From NCBI GenBank assembly GCA_023253175.1, contig JALRHH010000002.1, forward strand, positions 256,199 through 320,198: a stretch of 64,000 nt of DNA, read 5' to 3'. This document shows, piece by piece, positions 1 through 9,699 of this stretch. The stretch comes from Candidatus Saccharimonadia bacterium (GTDB lineage Bacteria > Patescibacteriota > Saccharimonadia > Saccharimonadales > JALRHH01). A model generated the notes under the pieces. The model searched no databases and had not been told where the DNA came from. It saw only the letters and a program-made list of their open reading frames with translations. How positions within the stretch are numbered: the first letter of the stretch is position 1; every line of letters starts with the position of its first letter. The position numbers and the translations under genes are program-made.

Positions 1-867
1 TGAATCGACTATGACTCTACCGAGTTCGTTGTCTATATTTGTAGGTTGCGACCTGCCAGCTAGGAATAGTAGTAGAACAAGACCAATTATTACACCCGCG
101 GTCAGGACGATCTTTGATACAAAACGTATACCAGCGATACGATCACGCCTTGCAAATATAAGAAGTGCGACAAGGATGAGTGCGAATATAAGATTGACCC
201 ATTTTGACTGATGGAGATTTTGGTATGCCTTAGGCGCATCGGTGTACTCCTGGCTTGTTACGTCGGTTTCTTTCAGGGCCTCCTTTGACGTAATGACCGG
301 ATTCTTCAGGAATTCAACTTGTTCTTTGGTTTTTTGCGCGAATTGTTGTCCAATCTGGCTGCTTGTTACACCTGGAGGCAAGCATGGAATTGAGAGTAGA
401 TCTGACTGAAAGTCTACGGTTTGCAGCTGCTGGATCGTGCATGGGGGGAGGCTGCTGCTTCGCTCCTCTGCATAGTCAGATAATTTAGTAACTGCTTGCT
501 CTGCGGGTTTGCTAAGGTCAATCGTAAACTCTGGCTGCGTAGTTTTGCCCTCCAACCATGCATAGATTCCATCAATAACAGACTTGCTGCTACTCTGGAT
601 ATCACTTGGCTGAATCGATGACTTGACCGCGTCTTCTACCTTGGGATCAGCCAGTAATTTTTTCGTATTATCGTCACCCTGCTCTTTTGCGTTTTGTAGC
701 GCTATATCCACGAAGCCTTCGTAGACACCGCCATCTTCTAGTACCTGATCAATATTATTTGGGTTGCTAAAAACGTTACTGATTGCAAAAGCAAACGGCA
801 GCTGTAGTAGTACTGCCAGCGTTACAAAGCCCGTAAAGTAATATAAGATTTTTCGTAATGTTGTCAT
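1..867 (-). CDS. hypothetical membrane protein, C-terminus runs off the window (not in the supplied ORF track)
   Basis: Hand translation of the minus strand from ATG at 867..865 gives 289 codons with no stop down to position 1. N-terminal hydrophobic segment (YFTGFVTLAVLLQLPFAFAI) and a second TM segment near the window edge. Confidence 0.6.
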   Translation of the reverse strand, partial: MTTLRKILYYFTGFVTLAVLLQLPFAFAISNVFSNPNNIDQVLEDGGVYEGFVDIALQNAKEQGDDNTKKLLADPKVEDAVKSSIQPSDIQSSSKSVIDGIYAWLEGKTTQPEFTIDLSKPAEQAVTKLSDYAEERSSSLPPCTIQQLQTVDFQSDLLSIPCLPPGVTSSQIGQQFAQKTKEQVEFLKNPVITSKEALKETDVTSQEYTDAPKAYQNLHQSKWVNLIFALILVALLIFARRDRIAGIRFVSKIVLTAGVIIGLVLLLFLAGRSQPTNIDNELGRVIVDS

Positions 868-904
868 GGACTTAAGTATACAACTACTGCGCTACAATAG
901 ATGT

Positions 905-1297
905 ATGGCAGATTCTATTTTTACGAAGATCATAAGGGGTGAGATCCCTAGTCACAAGATATATGAGGATGACAAGACATTTGCCTTCTTGGATATTCAT
1001 CCTTTGCATGAAGGTCACGTCCTGGTAATTCCCAAGAAGCAGATTGAGTTTGTATGGGATTTGCCGGACGAAGATTATCAAGCGGTCATGGCAACGAGTA
1101 AAAAAGTGGCGCTCAGGCTACGAGAGGTGTTGCCGTACGCTTTTGTTGCTGAGCGCGTAATTGGCGTCGATGTGCCTCACGCACATGTGCACCTCATCCC
1201 ATTTGATACAACTGATCAATTAAATGAACCGCAGCGATTTGACTCAGAGGCCGATCATGCGGCCCTGGCAGAACTTGCTTCCAAGCTCGCTTTTTAG
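905..1297 (+). CDS. HIT-family (histidine triad) nucleotide hydrolase
   Basis: Histidine triad motif HAHVHLIP; N-terminus IFTKIIRGEIPSHKIYEDD is typical of HIT/Hint. Start moved to the in-frame ATG 905, which lies 6 nt after TACAAT (893-898). Confidence 0.85.
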   Translation: MADSIFTKIIRGEIPSHKIYEDDKTFAFLDIHPLHEGHVLVIPKKQIEFVWDLPDEDYQAVMATSKKVALRLREVLPYAFVAERVIGVDVPHAHVHLIPFDTTDQLNEPQRFDSEADHAALAELASKLAF

Positions 1298-1312
1298 TGG
1301 TATCATTAAGCC

Positions 1313-1483
1313 ATGTCATCATTTCTTATAGGATTATTTGTAGCAATTGGCGTAGGCGGCTGGGCGTATAGCCAGTTGCAGCGTCGTACTGGTGGTGCTG
1401 ACGCAAAGACGTCTCTGCTATTTTCAGCAATTGCTGGTGTAATCTCGTATCTCTTTATAATTATCGTCTGGAGTCTGTTTTAA
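1313..1483 (+). CDS. small membrane protein (56 aa, below the ORF-track cutoff)
   Basis: ATG 1313 to TAA 1481-1483. Two hydrophobic segments (FLIGLFVAIGVGGWAY, LLFSAIAGVISYLFIIIVWSLF). Confidence 0.4.
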   Translation: MSSFLIGLFVAIGVGGWAYSQLQRRTGGADAKTSLLFSAIAGVISYLFIIIVWSLF

Positions 1484-1533
1484 CTAGCCGTTTCATGCTA
1501 GTTTTATAGGCCGTAAACTGGTACCATAGGGCC

Positions 1534-2373
1534 ATGAATGAGGTGGATCTTGGCCGGCTTTTGCAAGCGGCCCGCAAGAAGGCTGGATTAACGCAGCAGG
1601 AGCTGTGCCAAAAGGCAGGCCTCAGTTACTCCACGCTGGCAAAGATCGAACGTGGTGCCATCAAGGCCCCATCTATTTTTACGATCCAGAGTATTGCTGG
1701 TGCCCTGAATACTTCCCTGACTGACCTTATGGGTGATGCGGTTGCTCAAGGTACCCCAAAGAAGCGTTCCAAGAACGGTGTTCGTTTTGTGTACTTTGAT
1801 ATCAACGGTTGTCTTGTCAGATTCTTCCACCCTGCTTTTAATCGATTATCGCAGGACACAGGTATTGCTGCAGATGTCATCGAAACCAATTTCTGGGATT
1901 TGAACGACGCTGCTTGCCGCGGCGAGATGACTATGTCGGAGTTTAACGACGCATTCGCAGCTCGCCTTGGTATCGAGCAGCTTGATTGGCAGAATTACTA
2001 TTTTGAGGCGCTGGATGTGGTTGAAGAGATGCAGTCACTTCTGACATGGGCCGCACAGCATTACCATGTCGGGTTATTGAGCAACATCATGCCTGGCTTT
2101 ATTACTCGAATGATCAAAGAAGGTGCCCTTCCCCGCGTAGCTTACGACCAAATCATTGATTCGTCTGTTGTTGGCGCAATCAAACCAGAAGACGCGATCT
2201 TTGAAATTGCCGAAGCAAAATCGGGCGTCCAGCCAGAAGAGATCCTATTTATTGATGACTCACGCTCTAACGTCATGGCCGCCCAAAAACGTGGTTGGAA
2301 GGTTATCTGGTTTGATGACTATCGATCTGCTGAAATTACGGATCGCATCAAAGCGAGCCTTGAACCAGAATAA
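1534..2373 (+). CDS. fusion of XRE-type HTH domain and HAD-superfamily hydrolase domain
   Basis: N-terminus GLTQQELCQKAGLSYSTLAKIERG matches HTH_3/XRE. C-terminus carries HAD motifs: VYFDINGCLV (motif I-like), LLSNI, IDDSRSNVMAAQKRGWKVIWF. Confidence 0.7.
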   Translation: MNEVDLGRLLQAARKKAGLTQQELCQKAGLSYSTLAKIERGAIKAPSIFTIQSIAGALNTSLTDLMGDAVAQGTPKKRSKNGVRFVYFDINGCLVRFFHPAFNRLSQDTGIAADVIETNFWDLNDAACRGEMTMSEFNDAFAARLGIEQLDWQNYYFEALDVVEEMQSLLTWAAQHYHVGLLSNIMPGFITRMIKEGALPRVAYDQIIDSSVVGAIKPEDAIFEIAEAKSGVQPEEILFIDDSRSNVMAAQKRGWKVIWFDDYRSAEITDRIKASLEPE

Positions 2374-2428
2374 TAGTCTGTAAACTAAACTACACAGGCC
2401 TAATAATATACGAGGTATACTGAACGGT

Positions 2429-3349
2429 ATGATTGAAGCACAGAATCTGACGAAGAAATACAAAAAGAAATTGGCCGTCGATGACATATCCTTCACCGTT
2501 GAGACTGGTAAGGTTACAGGTTTCCTTGGCCCAAACGGCGCTGGTAAATCAACGACCATGCGGCTCATGCTTGGACTTGATAATGGCGGCGGCAAGACCT
2601 TGTTCGATGGCAAGCGGCTGGCTGATTATGCCGAGCCATCCAAGGTAGTTGGCATACTCCTTGAGGCCAAGGCATTTCATCCTACCCGTTCGGCTCGTAA
2701 TCATCTGAAGGTTCTTGCGGCTGCAGGCGGTATCCCGGAGTCACGTGTTGATGAGGTGCTTGATGTTGTTGGCCTATCGGATGTAGCCAAGAAGGGTCCC
2801 GGTAAATTCAGCCTTGGTATGAGTCAGCGGCTCGGTATCGCGGCGGCGATTCTTGGTAAGCCAAAATATTTACTCCTTGATGAGCCGGCAAACGGCCTTG
2901 ATCCCGAGGGTATTCACTGGCTCCGTAAGTTCCTGAAGGACTATGCCGACGAGGGTAATGCGGTGTTTGTGTCGAGCCACCTTTTGAGTGAAATGTCTCT
3001 CATGGCCGATAACTTGGTGGTTATTGGTAAAGGCAAGCTCATAACCACAGGTACCGTTCAGAGTTTCATTGATGCCGCATCTGGCAAGAGCGTATTTGTG
3101 CGCTCCGGTAAGCTCGGCGCACTTCAGAAAACGCTTGGCGCGTCATTTACCGTTAGTAAGCACGATAATGGTCTGCTCGTTTCGGATGCAACCACCGATC
3201 AGGTTGGGCAGATTGCGTTTGATGCGGGATTGCCACTTCTTGAATTAACGAGTCAATCAATCACACTCGAGGATGCATTTCTCGAAATTACTGCTGATAG
3301 CCAGGAATACAAAACCCACAATCAGTCCAAGAAAGGAGGTGGCCAGTAA
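2429..3349 (+). CDS. ABC transporter ATP-binding protein (ABC-2 type)
   Basis: Walker A GPNGAGKST, signature FSLGMSQRL, Walker B LLLDEP. Confidence 0.9.
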   Translation: MIEAQNLTKKYKKKLAVDDISFTVETGKVTGFLGPNGAGKSTTMRLMLGLDNGGGKTLFDGKRLADYAEPSKVVGILLEAKAFHPTRSARNHLKVLAAAGGIPESRVDEVLDVVGLSDVAKKGPGKFSLGMSQRLGIAAAILGKPKYLLLDEPANGLDPEGIHWLRKFLKDYADEGNAVFVSSHLLSEMSLMADNLVVIGKGKLITTGTVQSFIDAASGKSVFVRSGKLGALQKTLGASFTVSKHDNGLLVSDATTDQVGQIAFDAGLPLLELTSQSITLEDAFLEITADSQEYKTHNQSKKGGGQ

Positions 3350-4245
3350 TGCTTAGCACACTCAAATCAGATTTCCGTAAAATCCTCACGGTACGATCAA
3401 CATATATTTTGGTTGTTATTGCGCTCTTCCTCACGACGTTCTTTACATATCTTGGCACCTCGGCGGTGAGCTACCAGGAGCAGGTCAGCGGTAAGGTCAC
3501 CGAACAAAAGCTGCCGGATGGCACGACTGAGTCACGTCCCGACCCGAACGATCCGCCTGTGTATGTCACGAAGACAGAGCGTAACTTGTCCAAGGAGAAG
3601 CTCATCAGTAACCTCCAAGAGGGTGTGCCGGTCGTCACGTTGTTCACGACGGTTGTAGTTGTGCTCTTTATGGCACACGAATTTCGGTATAACACGATTG
3701 CGTACACCTTAATTGCTGGTCGAAGACGCTACGTGGTCTTGCTGTCGAAGCTTGCCGTGAGTGCGACTTTTATTACGGTGGTAACGCTTCTGGCCATTGG
3801 CTTTACGACGGCTGCAACGTTTGCGGCTATTGGAATTAAGGATTTAACGCTGCCAGCGCAGGACTTCAATTGGCTCTATATCGGGGCACGTCTGCTTGGA
3901 TATTCGCTCGGCTTTGGCTTGTTGGGACTTGCGATCATTACATTGGTTCGTAACCTAACGGCTGGTGTTGCGGCAATCTTTGTACTGCCGACATTGGATG
4001 CCATCGCGGGTGCGCTTCTATCAAGTCGTAATATTGAGGCGACAAGGGTGCTTCCCTTCTCTGCGCTTGATCGAATTAGCGGACTAACCCGTGACTTTAC
4101 CCCGCAAAACATGCCAACCGATGGCATAACTGATGTGCAGCGATTACCTGCAACAGTACTTGGGGCAAGCTTTGTATTCCTGCTGTATCTGGTAGCCTTA
4201 TGGCTTATTACTTGGGTATCTTTTTTGCGCCGCGACGCTAACTAA
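3349..4245 (+). CDS. ABC-2 family transporter permease
   Basis: Start overlaps the stop of the ATPase gene (ATG 3349). Multiple hydrophobic TM segments; partner position after the ATPase. Confidence 0.7.
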   Translation: MLSTLKSDFRKILTVRSTYILVVIALFLTTFFTYLGTSAVSYQEQVSGKVTEQKLPDGTTESRPDPNDPPVYVTKTERNLSKEKLISNLQEGVPVVTLFTTVVVVLFMAHEFRYNTIAYTLIAGRRRYVVLLSKLAVSATFITVVTLLAIGFTTAATFAAIGIKDLTLPAQDFNWLYIGARLLGYSLGFGLLGLAIITLVRNLTAGVAAIFVLPTLDAIAGALLSSRNIEATRVLPFSALDRISGLTRDFTPQNMPTDGITDVQRLPATVLGASFVFLLYLVALWLITWVSFLRRDAN

Positions 4246-4261
4246 CAGCTACATTTCATAC

Positions 4262-4292
4262 AAAAAACTCCCAGAATAGTGGGAGTTTTTTT
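4262..4292. terminator. bidirectional intrinsic terminator between the permease gene and valS
   Basis: AAAAAACTCCCA-gaatag-TGGGAGTTTTTTT: perfect stem with an A-run upstream and a T-run downstream. Confidence 0.8.
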
Positions 4293-4305
4293 GTATACCA
4301 CGGGA

Positions 4306-6870
4306 TTACTTAGAGAAGCGGGCTTGTTCGTCTGACAGCTTCTGGAGCTGCTGCTTGGCGCTTTCCAGTTGATCGCGTGTTTCATCAACCAGGCGATTCG
4401 GTGCGTTCTTAACGTAGCTCTCATTGCTCAGGCGGCCTTCTAGCTGCGAGATTGCCTTTTGTTGCTGTTCGATTTGATTGCCGAGCTCACGAACAAAGCT
4501 TTCTGCCGTAGCCGCATCAATATCCAGCCAACAGTCAAATGCCGTAGTGGTGAGGTGTAGACCGTCGCCATCCTCAACCTCCACAACATCCTTAACGCGT
4601 GCAAGGTTAGCGATGAGCTGCCTTTGTTCGTTGAGAAGCTGCGCGCCGCGGTGATACAGAACATTTGTGTGGCCAAGTTTCATGCTGGCCTTGATATAGC
4701 GGATCTCGGTTACGAGTGACTTCACTTCTTCAAAAATAGCCGCTTCTTTATCGTTCGCCTTTGGCTCTGTTGGCCACTGCGCGGTAATCAGCAGACTTTC
4801 GTCTTCCCATTTGAGGGTCTGCCAGATCGTTTCGGTGACGAATGGTGCAAATGGATGGGCAAGCTTTAGAATCGTCTCAAGACCGTACGCAAGTACGCCC
4901 GGATTGAGGTTGCTCTTCGAGGCCTCGATGTACCAGTCGGCAAAATCATCCCACAGGAGGTGGTATACCTTTTCGGAGGCTTCAGCGAATCGGTAATTGT
5001 CTAAGCAGTCACTTATTTCCCTGATAGATTGTTGCAATTTATGCAACATCCAGTTATCGGCTGGTGTTTCAGCCTTCGGGTTGTGACGAAGCTCGAAATC
5101 ATCACCAATCTTGTCTTCGATAAACCGAGCCACGTTCCAAAGCTTGTTGCAGAAGTTACGAGCAGCAACTAGCCTGTTCTCGTCGTAAGACTGGTTATTG
5201 CCGGCCGACTGCCCTGCGATTACACCCATGCGGAAGGCGTCAGATCCATACTGATCAACCTTCTCCATTGGGTTAATCACATTACCCTTACTCTTGCTCA
5301 TCTTCGCGCCGTGTTGGTCCAGCACGAGTCCATGTAAGTACACGGTCTTAAAAGGTATTTCACCAGTGTTATATAGACCAAACATTAACATGCGGCTCAC
5401 CCACGGATAGAGGATGTCAGCGCCTGTTTCCATAACGCTGAGCGGGTAGAACTTTTTGTAATCGTCACTACCAAGGCCAAGCGTCGCATACGGCCAACTG
5501 GAACTGCTGAACCAGGTATCAAACACATCAGGATCGCGCCGGTAGGTTTTGCCGTCAACCGTAATCGTTTCTTCCTGTACGCGCTCATCAAAAATCCAAT
5601 CCTCTGGGTCATCGAGGTTCTGGAAGGCTGGAATTGGAATGCCCCAGGCGATCTGACGGCTAATGTTCCAATCGCGTAAGTTCTCAAGGTACGTTATCAG
5701 CTGCTGCTTTTTGACCTCTGGGTGGAATACGATTTTCCCTGATTTCAGGGCTTCAATAGCTGGCTTGGTCAGCGGCTGCATATCAATAAACCATTGGTCA
5801 CGAAGGAGCGGCTGGATAACGGTGCCACACTTGTAACAGTGACCGACATTGTGAGTGTAATCTTCTTCCTTTTCGAGGAACTTCTGCTCTTTTAGATCAC
5901 TGACAATCTTTTTGCGGGCTTCTAATACCTCAAGACCACGATAATCCTCTGGCATGTCATGCGTGATCTTGCCTTCGTGACTAATCACGGTGATAAATGG
6001 CAGATCGTGGCGCTTGCCTGCTTCGTAGTCATTCGGGTCGTGGGCTGGGGTAATTTTAACGGCGCCCGTACCAAATGCGGTGTCGACAAATTCATCAGCA
6101 ATGATCGGAATTTCGCGCTTCATCAGCGGTAATTTAACAGTTTTGCCAATGAATGACGCGTAGCGTTCATCGGTTGGATTAACAGCTACGGCGGTGTCAC
6201 CGAGCATCGTTTCGGGTCGGGTCGTCGCAACCGTGATAGAGCCAGATCCGTCGGTTAGTGGATAGGTAATGTGCCAGAGGTGACTCGCCTCTTCTTTGTA
6301 TTCCACCTCGATATCCGCAAAGCCGGTACCGTGGAATGTACAGAAGTTAACGAGCCGTTCACCTCTGTAGATAAGCCCTTCATCCCACATTTTCTTGAAA
6401 GAATTATAGGCTTGAGCAACAATCTTTGGGTCAAGCGTGTAGGTGTAGTGTTTCCAGCTCAGGCTGGCACCCAGACGGCGGAACTGAGACTCATAGTTGT
6501 CTTTGTTTTCTGCAACGAAGTCATACACTCTGTCGTAGAGTTCCTCACGGCTGAAATCAAAGCGGCTCTTCCCCTCTTTCTCTAGTTGTTTCTCGTAGAC
6601 GGACTGTGTCTCGAAGCCGGCGTGGTCCGCGCCCGGTACAAATAGGGTCGCCTTGCCGAGCATACGGTTATAGCGAATCGCGATATCTTCGATACCGAGG
6701 GTCAGGCCGTGTCCAATGTGGAGATTACCGTTGGCGTTTGGCGGCGGGATAACGATACTGAATGTATCATTATTTCCCCTGTTCTTTGGCGTAAATGCGT
6801 CACTCTTTTCCCAGAGTGCATAAATGTCAGATTCGTATTCTTTTGGCTCGTAAACTTTTGGTAGATTCAT
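4306..6870 (-). CDS. valS: valyl-tRNA synthetase
   Basis: 854 aa. Class I HIGH motif (PPPNANGNLHIGH), KMSKS motif, C-terminal coiled coil typical of ValRS. Confidence 0.95.
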   Translation of the reverse strand: MNLPKVYEPKEYESDIYALWEKSDAFTPKNRGNNDTFSIVIPPPNANGNLHIGHGLTLGIEDIAIRYNRMLGKATLFVPGADHAGFETQSVYEKQLEKEGKSRFDFSREELYDRVYDFVAENKDNYESQFRRLGASLSWKHYTYTLDPKIVAQAYNSFKKMWDEGLIYRGERLVNFCTFHGTGFADIEVEYKEEASHLWHITYPLTDGSGSITVATTRPETMLGDTAVAVNPTDERYASFIGKTVKLPLMKREIPIIADEFVDTAFGTGAVKITPAHDPNDYEAGKRHDLPFITVISHEGKITHDMPEDYRGLEVLEARKKIVSDLKEQKFLEKEEDYTHNVGHCYKCGTVIQPLLRDQWFIDMQPLTKPAIEALKSGKIVFHPEVKKQQLITYLENLRDWNISRQIAWGIPIPAFQNLDDPEDWIFDERVQEETITVDGKTYRRDPDVFDTWFSSSSWPYATLGLGSDDYKKFYPLSVMETGADILYPWVSRMLMFGLYNTGEIPFKTVYLHGLVLDQHGAKMSKSKGNVINPMEKVDQYGSDAFRMGVIAGQSAGNNQSYDENRLVAARNFCNKLWNVARFIEDKIGDDFELRHNPKAETPADNWMLHKLQQSIREISDCLDNYRFAEASEKVYHLLWDDFADWYIEASKSNLNPGVLAYGLETILKLAHPFAPFVTETIWQTLKWEDESLLITAQWPTEPKANDKEAAIFEEVKSLVTEIRYIKASMKLGHTNVLYHRGAQLLNEQRQLIANLARVKDVVEVEDGDGLHLTTTAFDCWLDIDAATAESFVRELGNQIEQQQKAISQLEGRLSNESYVKNAPNRLVDETRDQLESAKQQLQKLSDEQARFSK

Positions 6871-6940
6871 ATGCCTACCAGTATACCATCCCTGTTACGA
6901 ATAGACATAAGTATGTAATGATGGTATAGTATTCGCTCAA

Positions 6941-7879
6941 ATGAGCGAATCAGAACAGCAACCAGTACAGATTGATCGTGATATGAGCCGTGCTAATTGG
7001 CAGCGCGGTATTGGCGCTGTAGTTTTCCGTGAGCTCACAGAAGAAGCCTTTCTGACGGAGCCAGTGGTCGACCATTTGGATTATGCCTTATTTAGGCAGG
7101 AGGCAAGAAGTAGAGACCCTCGCTGGACTGGGATTAAGCCCCTCTGGAAGACTGCATACATCGTGTCGCATATTGCAGTACGCACCGCTATGCAGGATGT
7201 ACATAAGCGAGCAGCCTCTCTGGTTGATGACCAGAATGCGCCACTCTTTCGAGTTGGGTTAGACATTGGAAGATATGCCTACTGGGACAGTGCAAGTACC
7301 GTACTAGAAGAAGTCGGCGATACGGTAGCTCACTTCCCTATCTCGCTCGCTCGGTCAATATCCACCCATGCTCCTACGAAGGGTGGGTCCAAGCGATTTA
7401 CACCCGAGAGCTTACATGATGTGGCTGATTTGCTGGAAAGTCCTGATGTGGAGCTGATATTTAATCAGGCCCTTCTGGCGGCTAACGGATTTTGGGGTAC
7501 ATATTCTACGTCCGCAGGGAGTTCTATTTTAATTGCTCCTCCCTTTTGCTTCAACGGAGATCAGGTTAGTTTTAGCGACCTGGCGCTTCGGAAAATGCGC
7601 GATAGTCTCAAGGTGGCAAACACGACATCAAATGCTAGCGAAACAAGTTCGAGCGGCTGTCCCGCTCGCCACACAAGGGTTAATCCTCAATATATACCAG
7701 ATCAGAGTCGCCTTGCCGAGTTATCGCTGGCCTTCGGAAAGACCCCAGAAGAGCTACTGGCACCACATGAGCAAAACGTAGCACAGACAGGACTACGGTT
7801 TGTCATCTCTGCGCTACGTGCAGGAAATGATGCCGCCGAGAAGTATTTAGCTAAACTCCCTCAGATTGATATTCGGTAG
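6941..7879 (+). CDS. hypothetical protein
   Basis: 312-aa ORF with no recognisable motif. TATAGT at 6925-6930 lies upstream. Confidence 0.5.
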   Translation: MSESEQQPVQIDRDMSRANWQRGIGAVVFRELTEEAFLTEPVVDHLDYALFRQEARSRDPRWTGIKPLWKTAYIVSHIAVRTAMQDVHKRAASLVDDQNAPLFRVGLDIGRYAYWDSASTVLEEVGDTVAHFPISLARSISTHAPTKGGSKRFTPESLHDVADLLESPDVELIFNQALLAANGFWGTYSTSAGSSILIAPPFCFNGDQVSFSDLALRKMRDSLKVANTTSNASETSSSGCPARHTRVNPQYIPDQSRLAELSLAFGKTPEELLAPHEQNVAQTGLRFVISALRAGNDAAEKYLAKLPQIDIR

Positions 7880-7944
7880 TAACCCGATGGCTGAAATGAG
7901 CTTCCATTATTTATTGTTCGCCAAGAATGTCAATAACAAAAAGA

Positions 7945-7992
7945 GGCAATAAGCAAATAAGCTTTCACGTGAAAACTTTTATGCTTATTGCC
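7945..7992. other. 48-nt imperfect palindrome/hairpin centred on CACGTG
   Basis: GGCAATAAGCAAATAAGCTTTCAC|GTGAAAACTTTTATGCTTATTGCC. About 19 of 22 positions pair; the outer 11 bp are perfect. Confidence 0.5.
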
Positions 7993-8002
7993 CCAACTAA
8001 GT

Positions 8003-8054
8003 GATTTGTTTCAAAAGTACGAGCCAAAAGTGGCTAACAAATCTGTTTGTTTTC
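8003..8054 (+). terminator. probable intrinsic terminator of the 6941..7879 transcript
   Basis: GATTTGTT...AGCCA-aaag-TGGCT...AACAAATC nested stem, followed by TGTTTGTTTTC. Confidence 0.5.
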
Positions 8055-8139
8055 AAGGTCAGTATATCACAAGCATGAGCGTATTGACAAAATGCTAAAG
8101 TTTTGCTAGAGTATGTTTATCGTTTAGATAAAAACAAAC

Positions 8140-8865
8140 ATGAAAAACAATAAAACCTCACATCCATCACCCCTGTCACGGACGCAGCTTGTGGCTGATA
8201 TCGCCCAGAAAATGAATGCCCGTCTTGAAACTATCGAAGACGAATTTCAGCGTGGATTTGATCTTGTAAGCAAGTACCAAGGAACCGTAACAGTTTTTGG
8301 CTCTGCTAGATTTACGGAAGAAAATCCGTACTATATTCAAGCCCGGGAACTGGGCGGTAAGCTGGCTAAAAATGGCTTCACGGTTATTACGGGCGGCGGC
8401 GGCGGAATTATGGAGGCTGCCAACAGGGGTGCATTCGAGGCTGGCGGAAGCTCGGTCGGATTCAATATTGCACTACCGCACGAACAGCAACTCAATCCAT
8501 ATGTTACGGAGACCATGGATTTCCAGCACTTCTATGCCCGCAAGGTGATGCTTGTATTTTCATCAGAGGCGCTGGTGGTATTCCCCGGCGGCTTTGGAAC
8601 ACTGGATGAAATGTTTGAGGTTCTCACGCTAGTCCAGACCCATAAGACAGCCAAGGTACCCATTATCCTGGTTGGAACTGAGTTCTGGAAACCACTCGAT
8701 GAATTTATCAAGAATCAGCTCCGTGATCTGACGGCCACTATCACCCCTGGGGATGAAATGCTGTATCACATTACTGATAGTCTAGATGAAGTGGTGCAGC
8801 ACATCGAAGCCTACCGCGATCAAACAGTTGGCGAGGCCTTCCTCGGCGCAAGCCCCGAAGGGTAG
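8140..8865 (+). CDS. LOG-family protein (TIGR00730; cytokinin riboside 5'-monophosphate phosphoribohydrolase-like)
   Basis: Motifs GGGGGIMEAANRGA and PGGFGTLDE. Confidence 0.85.
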   Translation: MKNNKTSHPSPLSRTQLVADIAQKMNARLETIEDEFQRGFDLVSKYQGTVTVFGSARFTEENPYYIQARELGGKLAKNGFTVITGGGGGIMEAANRGAFEAGGSSVGFNIALPHEQQLNPYVTETMDFQHFYARKVMLVFSSEALVVFPGGFGTLDEMFEVLTLVQTHKTAKVPIILVGTEFWKPLDEFIKNQLRDLTATITPGDEMLYHITDSLDEVVQHIEAYRDQTVGEAFLGASPEG

Positions 8866-8952
8866 ATATATAAACTATTACCTCTCAAGGCTGTGATTGA
8901 CGTTACCTGTATTACATAGTATTGTATGTGTCTAATTGAATTGGAATAAGAT

Positions 8953-9699
8953 ATGGCACTCGAATCCGGTCGACTTACTAGTCAAGAAATTATTGAATGG
9001 GCATCTGCGTACGAACTGGTAGATGATGATTCCTATGCTCAGTTGGAACCTCAGGAGATAGATAGCATAGTCGCAGCTACTTCTTTGGATCGGGTTGATT
9101 TAGCGCGGCACCTATTTCTAGGGGAGCTTGCATGGCGAGCGGCTGCCGCGGTTGATTATGAGCAGAAGCTCCAACAAGAGCTCACAAAGACAAGGGAATA
9201 CATTACGGAGCTTACTGTAATTAAAAAAGCGGTGACAGGGGAAATAGATAAGCGAGAAGTGTCTTCTGAGTCAACAGTCTCGTTTAGCGGTCTTAGGCCC
9301 GCGGTTCTGCCTCTAAGTGGACTGAAATCACGTATTGATGCTGAGAGACGCGCCACTGCAGAAACATACAAAGAGCTGCGCACTGATTTAGCTCGTCGAG
9401 TATCTCCTGACGTAACGCCGTCAGTCGTAGGAAGAGCGTTGAATTTGATCATAGACGGCGATTTACCTAGAGAGTATTTCTTTAGGGTACCAGGGGAGTG
9501 GGTGGAATTTCGCGGTACTGCGCCAAGCTCTGTGGACCACCATGATGCACCTTCAGATGACAGACCACAAGCACCGAACTTTGAAGAGCTTGCCAGAGAC
9601 ATTCGCAAGGTAGGGGCCAGTACCCTTAGGGTTATGTTTAAGATGTTCGCATCACTTGGCGAAGAGCAGGCTGCTTCTGCTACTACATCGAGAGGTTAG
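8953..9699 (+). CDS. hypothetical protein
   Basis: 248-aa ORF with no recognisable motif. 3' end overlaps the convergent tsaD gene by 17 nt. Confidence 0.45.
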   Translation: MALESGRLTSQEIIEWASAYELVDDDSYAQLEPQEIDSIVAATSLDRVDLARHLFLGELAWRAAAAVDYEQKLQQELTKTREYITELTVIKKAVTGEIDKREVSSESTVSFSGLRPAVLPLSGLKSRIDAERRATAETYKELRTDLARRVSPDVTPSVVGRALNLIIDGDLPREYFFRVPGEWVEFRGTAPSSVDHHDAPSDDRPQAPNFEELARDIRKVGASTLRVMFKMFASLGEEQAASATTSRG

